From a bacterium (GTDB taxonomy: Bacteria > Sysuimicrobiota > Sysuimicrobiia > Sysuimicrobiales > Humicultoraceae): a DNA stretch of 52,460 bases. Both the position numbers and the translations under genes were made by a program. The notes under the pieces are model-generated. The model ran no database searches. It saw only the letters and a program-made list of their open reading frames with translations, and had not been told where the DNA came from. Of the stretch, positions 1 through 10,200 are shown in pieces. The stretch lies in contig JBGQGY010000010.1 in NCBI GenBank assembly GCA_041497675.1, positions 1 through 52,460 of the forward strand, written 5' to 3'. The number at the start of each line of letters is the position of its first letter. Within the stretch, counting starts at the first letter, position 1.

Positions 1-335
1 ACAACATCATCGTCGTCGGGGTGGATGACGAGTCGATGCGCGCGGCGATCGACATTATCCTCGACATGCAGGGTGGGTTGGTCGCGGTTGCCGGGCGCGA
101 GGTGGCCCGCCTACCGCTGCCGATCGCGGGGCTGATGTCGGACGAACCACTGGCGGCGGTCGCTCACGCATACCGCGCCCTGTTGCAGACGGCGCGCCGG
201 ATGGGCAGCACGCTCGACGATCCGTTCACGACGCTGTCGTTCATGGCGCTCTCGGTCATCCCGGCGCTCAAACTCACCGACCGCGGCCTGCTCGACGTCA
301 CCCGCTTCGAACTGGTTCCGTTGTTTATTGACTAG
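1..335 (+). CDS. ade: Adenine deaminase, C-terminal part (5' truncated by window edge)
   Basis: Frame is open from the window edge: NIIVVGVDDESM...GGLV...LPLPIAGLMSDEP...PFTTLSFMALSVIPALKLTDRGLLDV, the typical adenine deaminase C-terminal domain. Confidence 0.9.
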   Translation, partial: NIIVVGVDDESMRAAIDIILDMQGGLVAVAGREVARLPLPIAGLMSDEPLAAVAHAYRALLQTARRMGSTLDDPFTTLSFMALSVIPALKLTDRGLLDVTRFELVPLFID

Positions 336-361
336 AGTTCCAAACGGAGTGGAGGTGCCAG

Positions 362-736
362 ATGCGTCGCCGAGATAGTGCATCGAAGCCGTCTCAATTG
401 CGCAACGGGGCGGAGCGGCCACGGAAAAGGACGGTAGGGGGGTTCAGCCCGCGACCGATGGCAATTGAGGTCGTAGAAGACAGGCTACGGAAGGTGAAGG
501 ACCCTAAGAAGCGGTGGAAGTTGGCGCTCCACCTGGCTGAGACGTGCTACGAATGCTTTGCGGTCGAAAACCTGTTCAGAGAACTGATCAATTGCGACCC
601 GACTGACCTCGATGGGATCCTAACGGCGCTCATAGACCTTCAAATCTCCTTTGACCACATCGGTGTGGGGCACCTGCCGAAGATCAAAAGGCCGCTCGCC
701 GGAGCGATTCGAGCAATTGATACCTTCTTACCGTAG
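362..736 (+). CDS. Hypothetical helical protein (possible orphan immunity-type protein)
   Basis: GGAGGTG just upstream of ATG 362; 124 aa; visibly lower GC than the flanks; no family recognised. Alternative start at ATG 458. Confidence 0.5.
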   Translation: MRRRDSASKPSQLRNGAERPRKRTVGGFSPRPMAIEVVEDRLRKVKDPKKRWKLALHLAETCYECFAVENLFRELINCDPTDLDGILTALIDLQISFDHIGVGHLPKIKRPLAGAIRAIDTFLP

Positions 737-751
737 GCAGTTAGGCTGCCC

Positions 752-1192
752 ATGAGCATCAAAAGCGTAGCTGAGATAGAGCGCATGATCCAACCCTCCG
801 TCCACGACCGAAGGCGTGCTGAAATGTTGGCTTTGGCTCTCTATGAAGACGTCCGGGACAAGACTGTGTCTTGCCGGACTGAGGTGATATTTGGAGTGTC
901 CCTGATCGAGTCCTCAGAATGGAAGAAATATCCTACGGAATCCCGCAGAATGCATGACAGTGGATTCGCGACTGGGGATATCCTCGCACACCTGCGAAAC
1001 GCGGGTGCGACCAAGGTGGAGTCGATCAGAGTCCTCATCGAGATCGCAGGCCTTACAAATGCACAGGCAAAGATGATCGTTCATTGGAGTGATGCGTGGC
1101 AGGACACGCGCGAGGCGGATGACGGACTCCAGGTGTCGGTTGAAGAGGCCGCCCGTCAGTTACTGAAGTCGTTGGATCAGAAGAGACAGTGA
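752..1192 (+). CDS. Hypothetical protein with L7/L12 C-terminal-like helical motif; likely internal start at GTG 896
   Basis: ILAHLRNAGATKVESIRVLIEIAGLTNAQAKMIV resembles the K(I/V)xxIKxLRxxxGLxLxEAKxxV pattern. GAGGTG at 881-886 precedes an in-frame GTG at 896. Confidence 0.5.
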   Translation: MSIKSVAEIERMIQPSVHDRRRAEMLALALYEDVRDKTVSCRTEVIFGVSLIESSEWKKYPTESRRMHDSGFATGDILAHLRNAGATKVESIRVLIEIAGLTNAQAKMIVHWSDAWQDTREADDGLQVSVEEAARQLLKSLDQKRQ

Positions 1193-1243
1193 CCGTGCTG
1201 AGCAGCGAACGAGGTCCATAGGCCCTGCCCGAAGCACTCGGTT

Positions 1244-1444
1244 CTAGCCCCTCACCTTCAGGACTTCATCGAGAGATCGGCCGATGAGCAAGCGCCCCAA
1301 CTTGCGGTGGCCGATCGTCAGGTAGTGGCGCTTCCACACTTCGACCACGTCGGCCTTGGTCTCGCAACGATCGAGTTCGGTCTTGACGTTGGTCAGGTAC
1401 GTCCGCTCCTCTTCGGGGGAATTGAACGTGGTCGTCGGAGACAT
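1244..1444 (-). CDS. Small hypothetical protein (66 aa)
   Basis: AAGGAG SD overlapping the xpt stop precedes ATG 1444; host-like codon usage; MSPTTTFNSPEEERTYL...HYLTIGHRKLGRLLIG. Confidence 0.7.
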   Translation of the reverse strand: MSPTTTFNSPEEERTYLTNVKTELDRCETKADVVEVWKRHYLTIGHRKLGRLLIGRSLDEVLKVRG

Positions 1445-1457
1445 CGTGGTCAACTCC

Positions 1458-2030
1458 TTAATCCGCCAGTACGATCTTCCCATTACTCATATCGGCGATT
1501 ATGGCCAACGCTTCAATGGGGACGCCCAAGTCTGCCAGAGCGGCTCGACCGCCCTCGAAGGCCTTTTCGATGACCGCGCCGACCCCCACGATCGTCGCGC
1601 CCGCCGCAGCGGCCAGGCGTGCCAGCGCGAGAATCGTCTGACCCGTGGCGAGGAAATCGTCGACGATGAGCACGCGTTCGCCTCGCCCCAGGTATTCGGG
1701 CGAGACGATGAGCTCGATGTTCTGCATCTTGGTGTGCGACGGCGCGAGCGTCAGGTAGATCTGATCGGGCATCGTGATGGGCCTCTGCTTGCGCGCGTAG
1801 ACGACCGGCACGCCCAGTGACTGCGCCGTACACACGGCGGGCGCGATGCCCGAGATCTCGGCGGTGAGCACCTTCGTCGGACGCGCCTGCGCGAACCGGC
1901 GGGCGAGCTCCCGGCCGCACTCCGCCATAAGGATGGGGTCGACCTGGTGGTTGAGAAATCCATCGACCTTCAGGATGCCGTGACCGAGGTTCTTCCCTTC
2001 GGCGAGAATGCGCTGCTTGAGGGCGTCCAT
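1458..2030 (-). CDS. xpt: Xanthine phosphoribosyltransferase
   Basis: ILKVDGFLNHQVDP, TAEISGIAPA, PRPP motif VLIVDDFLATG, and IEKAFEGGR. Confidence 0.93.
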   Translation of the reverse strand: MDALKQRILAEGKNLGHGILKVDGFLNHQVDPILMAECGRELARRFAQARPTKVLTAEISGIAPAVCTAQSLGVPVVYARKQRPITMPDQIYLTLAPSHTKMQNIELIVSPEYLGRGERVLIVDDFLATGQTILALARLAAAAGATIVGVGAVIEKAFEGGRAALADLGVPIEALAIIADMSNGKIVLAD

Positions 2031-2045
2031 GTCCTTGTTCCCCGG

Positions 2046-3176
2046 TCAGGCGTCGCGTTGATAGGCGACGCGTCCGCCGACGATGGTTGCCACCGGGTGA
2101 AGCTCCGCGTCGAGGACGGCAAAGTCCGCGCGCCGGCCGGGCGCGATCGCACCGCCGTCGTGGCCCACCAACCGCGACGGTGTCTCGGCCGCCATTTTTA
2201 TCGCGGCCGGGAACTCCGTCAGCCCGGCCATCGTGCGGACGGCCTGATCCATCGTGAGCACGCTGCCAGCGAGCGTCCCATCCGCCAGACGCGGTACGCC
2301 CCCCTCGACGGTCACGTCCTGATCCCCAAGCGTCATGCGGCCCACTGGGGCCCCGGCGGCGGCGATCGCATCAGTGATCAGCACCGTCCGCTCGGGACCT
2401 TTCAAGGATACGACCATCTTGAGGACAGCCGGGTGTACGCTCACGAGATCGGCAATCAGCGAGCAGCTCACGTCGGGGCGCGCCAGGGCGGCCCCCACGA
2501 TCCCGGGTTCGCGATGGTGGATCGGCCGCATCGCGTTGAACAGGTGGGTGGCGAGCCGCACGCCCGCCGTGAACGCGGTCATCGCCTGTTCGAATGTCGC
2601 GTCGGTGTGCCCGGCGGCGACGGTCACGCCCTTGCCCCGCAGGTGCGCGATCACATCGGACGCGCCCTCGAGTTCGGGCGCCAGGGTGACGATCCGGACG
2701 GCCCCCTGAAAGTCGCTGAGCAGCCGGTCGATCCATTGGACAGAGGGGGGGCGGAGATTGGCCGGACGATGCGCGCCCACGCGGGCGCCGGACAAGAAGG
2801 GACCCTCCAGGTGGACGCCTATGATGCGCGGCGCGCCGGGCCGGCGCATGCGGGCCGCAAAGAACGCCAGCGCGGCGCGGAGGCGGTCCTCGGGCGAGGT
2901 GATCAGCGTCGGCAGATAGGCGACGGTGCCGGTGGCGAGCATGTGGCGGTCGGCGGCGGCCAGACCCTCGTCCGTTGGCGAGAGGAAGTCGCAGCCGGCG
3001 GCGCCGTTGATCTGAAGGTCGATGAAACCGGGGACGAGCGTGCCCGCCGCAAACTCCAGGTCGGGCCGCGGGTGGCGGCCGTCGCGGGCATCCGCAATCC
3101 GTTCGCCGTCGACGATCACGTGGCCGGGCCGCAGAATGCGATCGGGAAGAACGACCGTCCCGGCCTGCAGGATCAC
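2046..3176 (-). CDS. nagA: N-acetylglucosamine-6-phosphate deacetylase
   Basis: PGFIDLQING, HLEGPFL, GAH, TLAPE, GHTDA, THLFNAM, ITDA, LAGS motifs. Confidence 0.95.
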   Translation of the reverse strand: MILQAGTVVLPDRILRPGHVIVDGERIADARDGRHPRPDLEFAAGTLVPGFIDLQINGAAGCDFLSPTDEGLAAADRHMLATGTVAYLPTLITSPEDRLRAALAFFAARMRRPGAPRIIGVHLEGPFLSGARVGAHRPANLRPPSVQWIDRLLSDFQGAVRIVTLAPELEGASDVIAHLRGKGVTVAAGHTDATFEQAMTAFTAGVRLATHLFNAMRPIHHREPGIVGAALARPDVSCSLIADLVSVHPAVLKMVVSLKGPERTVLITDAIAAAGAPVGRMTLGDQDVTVEGGVPRLADGTLAGSVLTMDQAVRTMAGLTEFPAAIKMAAETPSRLVGHDGGAIAPGRRADFAVLDAELHPVATIVGGRVAYQRDA

Positions 3177-4732
3177 GCCGCGGCGCCGGGCAGACCCGAT
3201 CCGGCAGGATGCAGGCCAGGCAGCGTCACGGGCAGCCGGCCGCGCGGCACGAGCGCCCCAAGGAGCACGCGCGCGCCCGCATCCAGGCTCGGGGCATCGG
3301 CACCGTACGTCGCCAGATACGCCGCGATCTCGGGGAACTGGAGCAGATCGTACGGATCCCCAGTGGCGACCACGACCAGCCGGTCGCCAAACGCCCTGTG
3401 GAGATCGCGGATCGCCGCGACCTGATTCGCGTTCGGGGTGCCGCGGGTAAACGTGACGGCGACCACTTGGTCGACCTCGGGACGCGGTCCTGAAGTCGGT
3501 ACCTCGCGGACGTCGGCGTGATAGCGGCGCAGGGCGGCGGTCAGGTCCGGCGGTTCGTACTCGCCGTACCCCGGCGACAGGGCGGCCACCCCGATGCGCG
3601 GCCCGCGGAGCGGGACAATCCCCGCCCGATCGCGCACAAGCGTGACGGCGGCCTCAGCAATGCGCGCCGCGATACCGTCATGGTCGGCACCGTCGATAGT
3701 GACGGGGCCGGCGGCCGCGGCCGGTCCCCACTTTTGAACAGCGGCCTCGACGCGCTGGAGGGCTTCGGCGACTCTTGCCGGCGGCAGGTCACCGTGCTCG
3801 ATGGCCATCGCCAGCCGGTCCAACACTTCGTACTGCAGCGCCTCCGGCCCAAGCGCCAGCAACATGTCGCACCCGGCGAGGACGGCTGCGACCGCGGCGT
3901 CGCCCACGCCATAGTTGTCGATGATGGCCCGCATCTGCAGCGAGTCACTGCAAATGAATCCCTGAAAATGCCAGCGTTCACGGACGATCCCGGTCAGAAT
4001 CGGCGCCGACATCGTCGCCGGCACCCCGCTGGGGTCGAGCGCCGGATACACGATGTGGGCGGGCATCACCGAGGCGACGCCGGCGTGCACGGCAGCGGCA
4101 AACGGCGGCAACTCCACGCGCTCCAGCCTCGCCAGCGGATGATCGACACGCGGTAGCGCGAGGTGCGAGTCGACCGTCACGTCACCGTGCCCGGGGAAAT
4201 GCTTGACCGTGGCGGCCACGCCGACACTCTGCAGACCATCGATATACGCGAGCCCCAGTGATTCGACGAGGACCGGCGACTCGCCAAACGCTCGTGCGCC
4301 GATGATGGGATTCGCCGGATTGTTGTTGACGTCGACCGCGGGGGCGTAGTTCTGGTGGATCCCCATGGCGCGCAGTTCGCGCCCGGCGACCAGCCCGGCT
4401 TCACGCGCGAGCGCGGTCGAGCCTGCGGCGCCCAACGCCATCGGACTTGGGAGCGGAGTGACGCGTATTGTCCCGCCGCCCGCCACGCCGCGGCCAAAGC
4501 GGTTCACGACGCCACCCTCGTGATCGATAGCGACTAAGAGCGACGGCGACCCGGCGCTCGCCGCTATGGTCTGCAACGCGGTCGTCAGCCCGGCCATCTG
4601 TGCGGGCGACTCGACGTTCTTGCGAAACACCACCACGCCGCCGATGTGCCGTTCGGCAATGAGCCGTTCCAACCCCGACGCCGGCGCCGGGCCGGGGAAG
4701 TCGACGACGCACATTCGCGCGGCTGCGCGCAC
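3173..4732 (-). CDS. nagZ: GH3 beta-N-acetylhexosaminidase
   Basis: IDHEGGVVNR, KHFPGHGDVTVDSH (Asp-His dyad), nucleophile SDSLQM; C-terminal GH3 domain. 4-nt overlap with the nagA start. Confidence 0.9.
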   Translation of the reverse strand: MRAAARMCVVDFPGPAPASGLERLIAERHIGGVVVFRKNVESPAQMAGLTTALQTIAASAGSPSLLVAIDHEGGVVNRFGRGVAGGGTIRVTPLPSPMALGAAGSTALAREAGLVAGRELRAMGIHQNYAPAVDVNNNPANPIIGARAFGESPVLVESLGLAYIDGLQSVGVAATVKHFPGHGDVTVDSHLALPRVDHPLARLERVELPPFAAAVHAGVASVMPAHIVYPALDPSGVPATMSAPILTGIVRERWHFQGFICSDSLQMRAIIDNYGVGDAAVAAVLAGCDMLLALGPEALQYEVLDRLAMAIEHGDLPPARVAEALQRVEAAVQKWGPAAAAGPVTIDGADHDGIAARIAEAAVTLVRDRAGIVPLRGPRIGVAALSPGYGEYEPPDLTAALRRYHADVREVPTSGPRPEVDQVVAVTFTRGTPNANQVAAIRDLHRAFGDRLVVVATGDPYDLLQFPEIAAYLATYGADAPSLDAGARVLLGALVPRGRLPVTLPGLHPAGSGLPGAAA

Positions 4733-4774
4733 TGCATCTCGGCCCGGGCGTGATCGCGTAACGGTGCTCAGCGG

Positions 4775-5983
4775 TCAGGCCCCGTTCATGAGCGGCATGC
4801 CGCCGCGCAGTTCGATGAGGGTGACCGAAAACGTCAGACGTTTCCCTTCGCGGACGACCTCGACGCTCACCGTGTCGCCCGGCTTCTTGCGAAACAGTTC
4901 GCGGCGCAGATCGCTCTGCGTCTCAATCTTCTTCCCGTCAATGGCCACCACGATGTCGCCGGCCTTGATGCCGGCCTTCTCCGCCGGGCTGCCGGTCACC
5001 GGCGTGACGACGACCCCATACGTGACCGGAAGATTGTATGCGCGGGCGGTCTCGGGATCGATCTGCCCGACCATCTGCACGCCGAGCGCCGGCCGGACGA
5101 CCCGCCCGCGCGCGACGATCTGCTCCATGATGAGCGACGCGTGATCGATCGGGATTGCAAACCCGATGCCCTGCGCGCCCTGGATGATCGCGGTGTTGAT
5201 CCCGATCAGCCGGCCGGCCGAATCGAGCAGCGCACCGCCGCTGTTGCCCGGGTTGATCGCGGCATCGGTCTGCACCAAGTTTTCGACGGTGAAGTCGGGG
5301 CTGGCCTGGATGCTGCGGTTGAGCGCGCTCACGACGCCGACGGTGACGGTGCTGCCGAGCCCAAACGGATTCCCGATGGCGATGGCCCTCTGCCCCACCT
5401 GCAGGGTGTTTGACGAGCCAAACGTCACCGCGGGCAGCGGCCGCGGGCTTTCAACCTTCACCACCGCGATATCCGAAAAGCGGTCCGCCCCCAGCACGCG
5501 CCCCCGCAGCGTCTGGCCCGAGAGGAGGGTGACGGTGATTTCCAGGGCATCCTGAATGACGTGGTTGTTGGTGAGGACCAACCCGTCCGCCCGGACGATG
5601 ACGCCCGAACCCTGCCCTTCGCGTGGGAACAGACCGTACGGCGTGGCGACCTGCGCGGTCACGCTGATGTTGACAACGGCCGGTCGCGCTTTCTGGACGA
5701 CGCGAATAATCGTAGACTCTTCGGCTTCGACGATCCGCGCCCCGGGGACCGCGGGCGGCGCCGCGCCGGCCGGAGGCTGCGTGGTGTTTGCCGGGGGCTG
5801 CGAGGCGGGCGGCTGAGCGGCCGGCGGTGTCACGGCGCTGACCTGCGGCCCGAGTGTGAATCCGTACCGCGGGCCGACGTACCCACCCAGCACGCCTCCA
5901 AGCAACAGAACGGCGAGCAGCGACAGGCTGCGGTTTCTCGATCGTTTTGGCGCGGAACTCACAGACGCGGAACTCACAGACAC
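4775..5983 (-). CDS. htrA: HtrA/DegP-family serine protease with one PDZ domain and N-terminal membrane anchor
   Basis: Catalytic triad TNNHV / SDIAV / GNSGG, QTDAAINP, C-terminal PDZ. Start set at GTG 5983, 8 nt after AGGAGG; the longer ORF-track start overlaps the dipeptidase gene. Confidence 0.9.
   Translation of the reverse strand: MSVSSASVSSAPKRSRNRSLSLLAVLLLGGVLGGYVGPRYGFTLGPQVSAVTPPAAQPPASQPPANTTQPPAGAAPPAVPGARIVEAEESTIIRVVQKARPAVVNISVTAQVATPYGLFPREGQGSGVIVRADGLVLTNNHVIQDALEITVTLLSGQTLRGRVLGADRFSDIAVVKVESPRPLPAVTFGSSNTLQVGQRAIAIGNPFGLGSTVTVGVVSALNRSIQASPDFTVENLVQTDAAINPGNSGGALLDSAGRLIGINTAIIQGAQGIGFAIPIDHASLIMEQIVARGRVVRPALGVQMVGQIDPETARAYNLPVTYGVVVTPVTGSPAEKAGIKAGDIVVAIDGKKIETQSDLRRELFRKKPGDTVSVEVVREGKRLTFSVTLIELRGGMPLMNGA
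5951..5980. repeat. Perfect 15-bp tandem duplication (CGCGGAACTCACAGA x2)
   Basis: 5951-5965 equals 5966-5980; encodes SVSSA twice at the HtrA N-terminus. Confidence 0.95.
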
Positions 5984-6011
5984 GACACGTTCCTCCTTTT
6001 GGACCCGTTCC

Positions 6012-6020
6012 ATTATATCA
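6012..6020 (-). promoter_or_regulatory. Extended -10 promoter element (TGaTATAAT) for htrA
   Basis: Perfect TGnTATAAT on the minus strand, ~30 nt upstream of the htrA start, in a divergent intergenic region. Confidence 0.65.
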
Positions 6021-6116
6021 ATCCGCGTGTTCGAGCGTTTGTTCCCACGGCACCATGCCCGACAGCAGAAGGATGCCCGGCCGGGCGGCGGAACTCCCTC
6101 CAGCGAGGTGAGACGG

Positions 6117-7253
6117 ATGATCACGCTATCTTCTGAACAGGAAGCCCGGGCCGCCGCCCTGCATCGCGAGGCCTTGATCATTGATACGCTGTCCGGCGAA
6201 CCATCGGTCTTTTCCCCAGAGATGCTGGCACGGCTCACGGCGTTGACTGCCCGCCAGACGGAGACGCCGGACGTCATCGCCGAAATGGACCGCATGGCTA
6301 CCGAGGCGCTTGCGCGCGACCGACTCCCCGAGTACTGGACCTGGTGGGAGCGTAGCGGCGTCGACGTGATCAGCAACACCGTGGGGCCGTTCGGCCGGAT
6401 CCCCTTCTCGTATGAGAGCGCCGTCGACGGGCTGGCGCAACTCACGCGCCGCTTCGACGCCACAGACCGCCTGGTCAAAGTGACCCGCGCGGCCGATATC
6501 GAGCGGGCCAAAGCCGGCGGTCACCACGGCATTATCCTCAACTTCCAGAACACGACGCACTTCGGGCAGGACCTAGCGGCGCTGGACCTCTTCTACGATT
6601 TTGGGGTGCGCATCGTCCAGTTGACGTATAACATGCGCAACTTCATCGGCGACGGGTGCACGGAACGTACCGACGCCGGTTTGTCGAACTTCGGCCTTCA
6701 AGTGGTCCGGCGGATGAACGAGCGCGGCATCCTCGTCGATCTGTCCCACTGCGGGCTGAGCACAACCATGGACGGCATTCGCGCCTCCACGCGACCGGTC
6801 GCCATCACCCATTCGTTCTCGCGGGAGCTAAGCGCTCACGACCGGGGCAAGACAACAGAGATCATGCGGGCGCTCGCCGAGCGCGACGGGTATTTCGGGG
6901 TGTTGATTGTGCCGTTCTTCATCACACAGGAACCCACGGCGACGCTGGCGCACTTTGTCGCGCAGGTCGACCGGGCGGTGGAAGTGATGGGCATCGACCG
7001 CGTGGGCATCGGCACCGATTGGGGCGCGGTCTTCCCAAAATCGCTGGAGACCATGCTCGATGCCGAGATGCTCCGGATCGGATTCCGGCCGGAGCACCGC
7101 ACGTCGTGGAGCGCGCGCGTCGAAGGGTATCAGTCGTGGTGCGATTGGCCCAACATCACCCGGGCCCTGGTCGGACGCGGCTATTCGGACAACGAAATTA
7201 TCAAGCTCCTCGGTGCCAACTTCTTGCGCATCTTCCGCGATGTGGTAGGGTAA
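6117..7253 (+). CDS. Membrane dipeptidase (peptidase M19) family amidohydrolase
   Basis: QLTYN, GDGC, GLSNFG, VDLSH, ITHS, GIDRVGIGTD, LLGANFLR; GAGGTG before ATG 6117. Confidence 0.85.
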   Translation: MITLSSEQEARAAALHREALIIDTLSGEPSVFSPEMLARLTALTARQTETPDVIAEMDRMATEALARDRLPEYWTWWERSGVDVISNTVGPFGRIPFSYESAVDGLAQLTRRFDATDRLVKVTRAADIERAKAGGHHGIILNFQNTTHFGQDLAALDLFYDFGVRIVQLTYNMRNFIGDGCTERTDAGLSNFGLQVVRRMNERGILVDLSHCGLSTTMDGIRASTRPVAITHSFSRELSAHDRGKTTEIMRALAERDGYFGVLIVPFFITQEPTATLAHFVAQVDRAVEVMGIDRVGIGTDWGAVFPKSLETMLDAEMLRIGFRPEHRTSWSARVEGYQSWCDWPNITRALVGRGYSDNEIIKLLGANFLRIFRDVVG

Positions 7254-7290
7254 CGGAAACAGTCGGCGCCAGAACGAGGTTATAGATAGT

Positions 7291-10200
7291 ATGGCTCGTG
7301 AACTCCTGACCGTCTGTCCCCGCTGCGGCAAGGAGAATCCTACCGAAGCGCAGTTTTGCATGCGCTGTGGGACCGCCCTCCACCGCACCTGCTCCACCTG
7401 CGGCACGAGCAATCCGCCGGACGCGCAGTTCTGCCTGCAATGTGGGACGCCGCTGTCGGAGGCCACGCAGGTCGAGCGCCGTGTGTTGAGCGTGCTCTTT
7501 GCGGATCTGGTGGCGTCGACGCCCCTGACGGCGGGGCTCGACCCCGAGCGGACCCGCACGATGGTCGGCGAGTACTTCGCCGCCATGCGGCAAGAGGTCG
7601 AGCGCCACGGCGGGGTCGTCGAGAAGTTCATCGGTGACGCTGTGATGTCGGTGTTTGGTCTCCCCCAGGCCCACGAGGATGATCCCGAGCGTGCGGTGCG
7701 CGCCGCGATGGCGATGCAGGCGCGGATGCCGGCCCTCAATACCCGTCTCACCGCCGACCTACACATCCGGATCGGGATCAGCACTGGTGAGGTGGTGGCC
7801 GATCCGCGCCGGGTCGCCGCGGGCGAGTTCATGGTCACCGGCGAGGTCGTCAACCTGGCGGCGCGGCTCCAGACTCAGGCGCCGCCCGACGGCATCGTAG
7901 TGGACGAGCGCACGTTCGTCGCCACGCGGCCGGCGGTCCAGTACGAACCGCAGCCGGCGACGAAAGGCGGGGACTTCGCCGATCGCGCGCGCTGGCGACT
8001 GACCGGTCTGGCTGAGGGCCCGGCGGGGACGCGGCTGCGCGCGCCGCTGGTTGGCCGCGAAGATGAGATGCAGTTCCTGCTGGCGTTGTACCGCCGGGTC
8101 GTCGACGGCCGCACCCCCCACCTGGTCACGATCATCGGCACGGCCGGGGTCGGCAAGTCCCGGCTGGTCGACGAACTCCTTGAGGTATTGCGGGGATCGC
8201 CGGTACCGCCCCGCGTGCTGCGGGGCCGGTGTCCTGCCTACGGGGAGGGTCTCACGTACCGGCCACTGGCGCAGATGCTCCGCGCCGAGTGTGGGATCAA
8301 GGACAACGACCCCGCCCCGGTCGTGCTCGAGAAGCTACGGGTCCACGTCTTCGCGACGTGCGCGCCGCTGCTCGGCACCGAAGAGAGCGAGATCATCGTC
8401 ACCGACCTGGCTTCGGCCCTCGGCGTGAAGACGACCAGACACGCCTCTGGCGCGCCCGTGATGTCGACCCTGGTGGGCGATCGCAGCGCCGAGCCGCAGG
8501 CGCGCGAGTCGAGGGGCGCGGCGGATCCGCGCTCGGCCGCCGACGCGCTGTTGCGGTCGCTGCGGGCCTTCCTGATGGCCAAGGCCCGCACCGCCCCGTT
8601 GCTGCTCGTCTTCGACGATCTCCACTGGGCGGAGGAGAGCCTGCTCGACCTACTCAGGCTCCTCGTGCTGCGGGGCGGCGAAGGGCCCATCCTGCTGCTG
8701 TGTCTGGCGCGGCCAGAGCTGCAAGAACGCTACCCGGAATGGGGTGCCGGGCTGCGCAACTACACCGCCGTTGGGCTCGCCCCGCTGTCGGCGGACTTCA
8801 GCCGGCGGCTGATGACCGAACTGCTCAAGAACGAGGCGACGCTCGCCGACGTGCGCGACGCGATCCTCTCTCGCGCCGAGGGCAACCCGTTCTTCATTCA
8901 AGAAATCCTGCGCATGCTGATCGACGGCGGCGGGCTCGTGCGTGACGAGGGCGGATGGCGCTGGGCGTCTCGCCGGCCGGAGATCCGTATCCCCGACACG
9001 ATCCACGGCATCCTGGCGTCTCGCCTCGATCTCATCTCGCCGCTGGAAAAGCGGGCGATTCAGGACGCGTCGGTGGCGGGCCGGGTGTTCTGGCTGGGGG
9101 CGCTGGTCGCCACCAGCGAACTGACCGTGGCCGAGGCCACCGCAGGGCTCGCGCGGCTGCAGGAACGCGATCTGATCGAGGAGCGACCGGCCTCGTCGGT
9201 GGCCGGCGAGCGCGAATTCGCGTTCACACACGCGCTGATCCGCGAAGTGGCCTACTCCACCGTGCCAAAGGCGGCCCGGGCCGACAAACACCTGAAGTTC
9301 GCGGGCTGGCTGGAACGCACCGTCGGCGAAACCAACGACGAGTTCGTCGGGATCCTGGCGAGCCACTACGAGCACGCGTGGCGCTACCGCTTCGAGACGG
9401 GCGATCGGGCCCCGGATCTGGCGCGCACGGCCATCGCGGTACTGCGGCGGGCCGGCGAACGCGCCCGAGCGATGCGCACCTTTCCGGAGGCGCGGCGCCT
9501 CTCCGAGCGTGCGCTGGCCGTCATGCAAAACGCCGGGTTGCACGATGACGTCGCGACGCTGCTGGAACTGTTGATCGACCGCACCGAGGCGGTCAAGTGG
9601 CTCTCGTCACCGGCGATCATTGAAAAAGACACGCAGGTCGTGCTCGACCGCGCGCCGGCGCTGGGGCGCGAGGACCTGCTGGCGCGGGCGTGGCTGAACC
9701 GGGCCTTTGCCGAATACGACCGCAGCCGGCTGCAGGCGGCTGAAGACGCGCTGCGCCGCGCCCTCGAGCTCTTCGAGAAGCTCAATGACCGGCGCGGGCA
9801 GGCCGAGGCGTTCGAGATCCTGGGCACGATCACCGAGGATCTCCGCGGCAAGCTCACGACTGCGCAAACCGCCTACAGCCACGCGCTGAACCTGTACCGT
9901 GAGATGGACGACGGGCAGGGTGTTGCCCGCTGCATGGCCTGGTATGGACGCACCGTCATGGACACGGGGAACCTGGCCGAGGCGCGAAAGTGGCTGGTCG
10001 ACGCGCATGAGTTTGCCAGGACGCACCACGAACGGATCAGCCAGGCCTACAGCGCGACGGCATTGGGGCTGTTGGCCCACATGGAAGGGGATTCCGAGGA
10101 AGCCATCCGTCGCTTTCACGAGGCGATCGCGATCCGTCAGGAACTCGGCGACCGCATGACCGAGGCGAACGTGCGGCGACACCTGGCCATGCACCATCTC

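Noticed and set aside
1947..3425. 492-aa + strand ORF
   Set aside because: Antisense shadow of nagA/nagZ. Long stop-free reverse frames are expected at high GC, and it has no motifs.
5951..5980. 15-bp tandem repeat as a CRISPR or phase-variation locus
   Set aside because: Only two adjacent copies, no spacers, and the unit is in frame.
6032..6045. LexA (GAAC-N4-GTTC)-like sequence upstream of htrA, and a similar one at 48915-48926
   Set aside because: Both have core mismatches and the LexA motif of this organism is unknown. The second is better explained as the antitoxin operator.
5984..6511. N-terminal extension of HtrA in the ORF track, and the reciprocal extension of the dipeptidase from 5856
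   Set aside because: The extensions overlap the divergent gene, and good SD/start pairs exist at 5983 and 6117.
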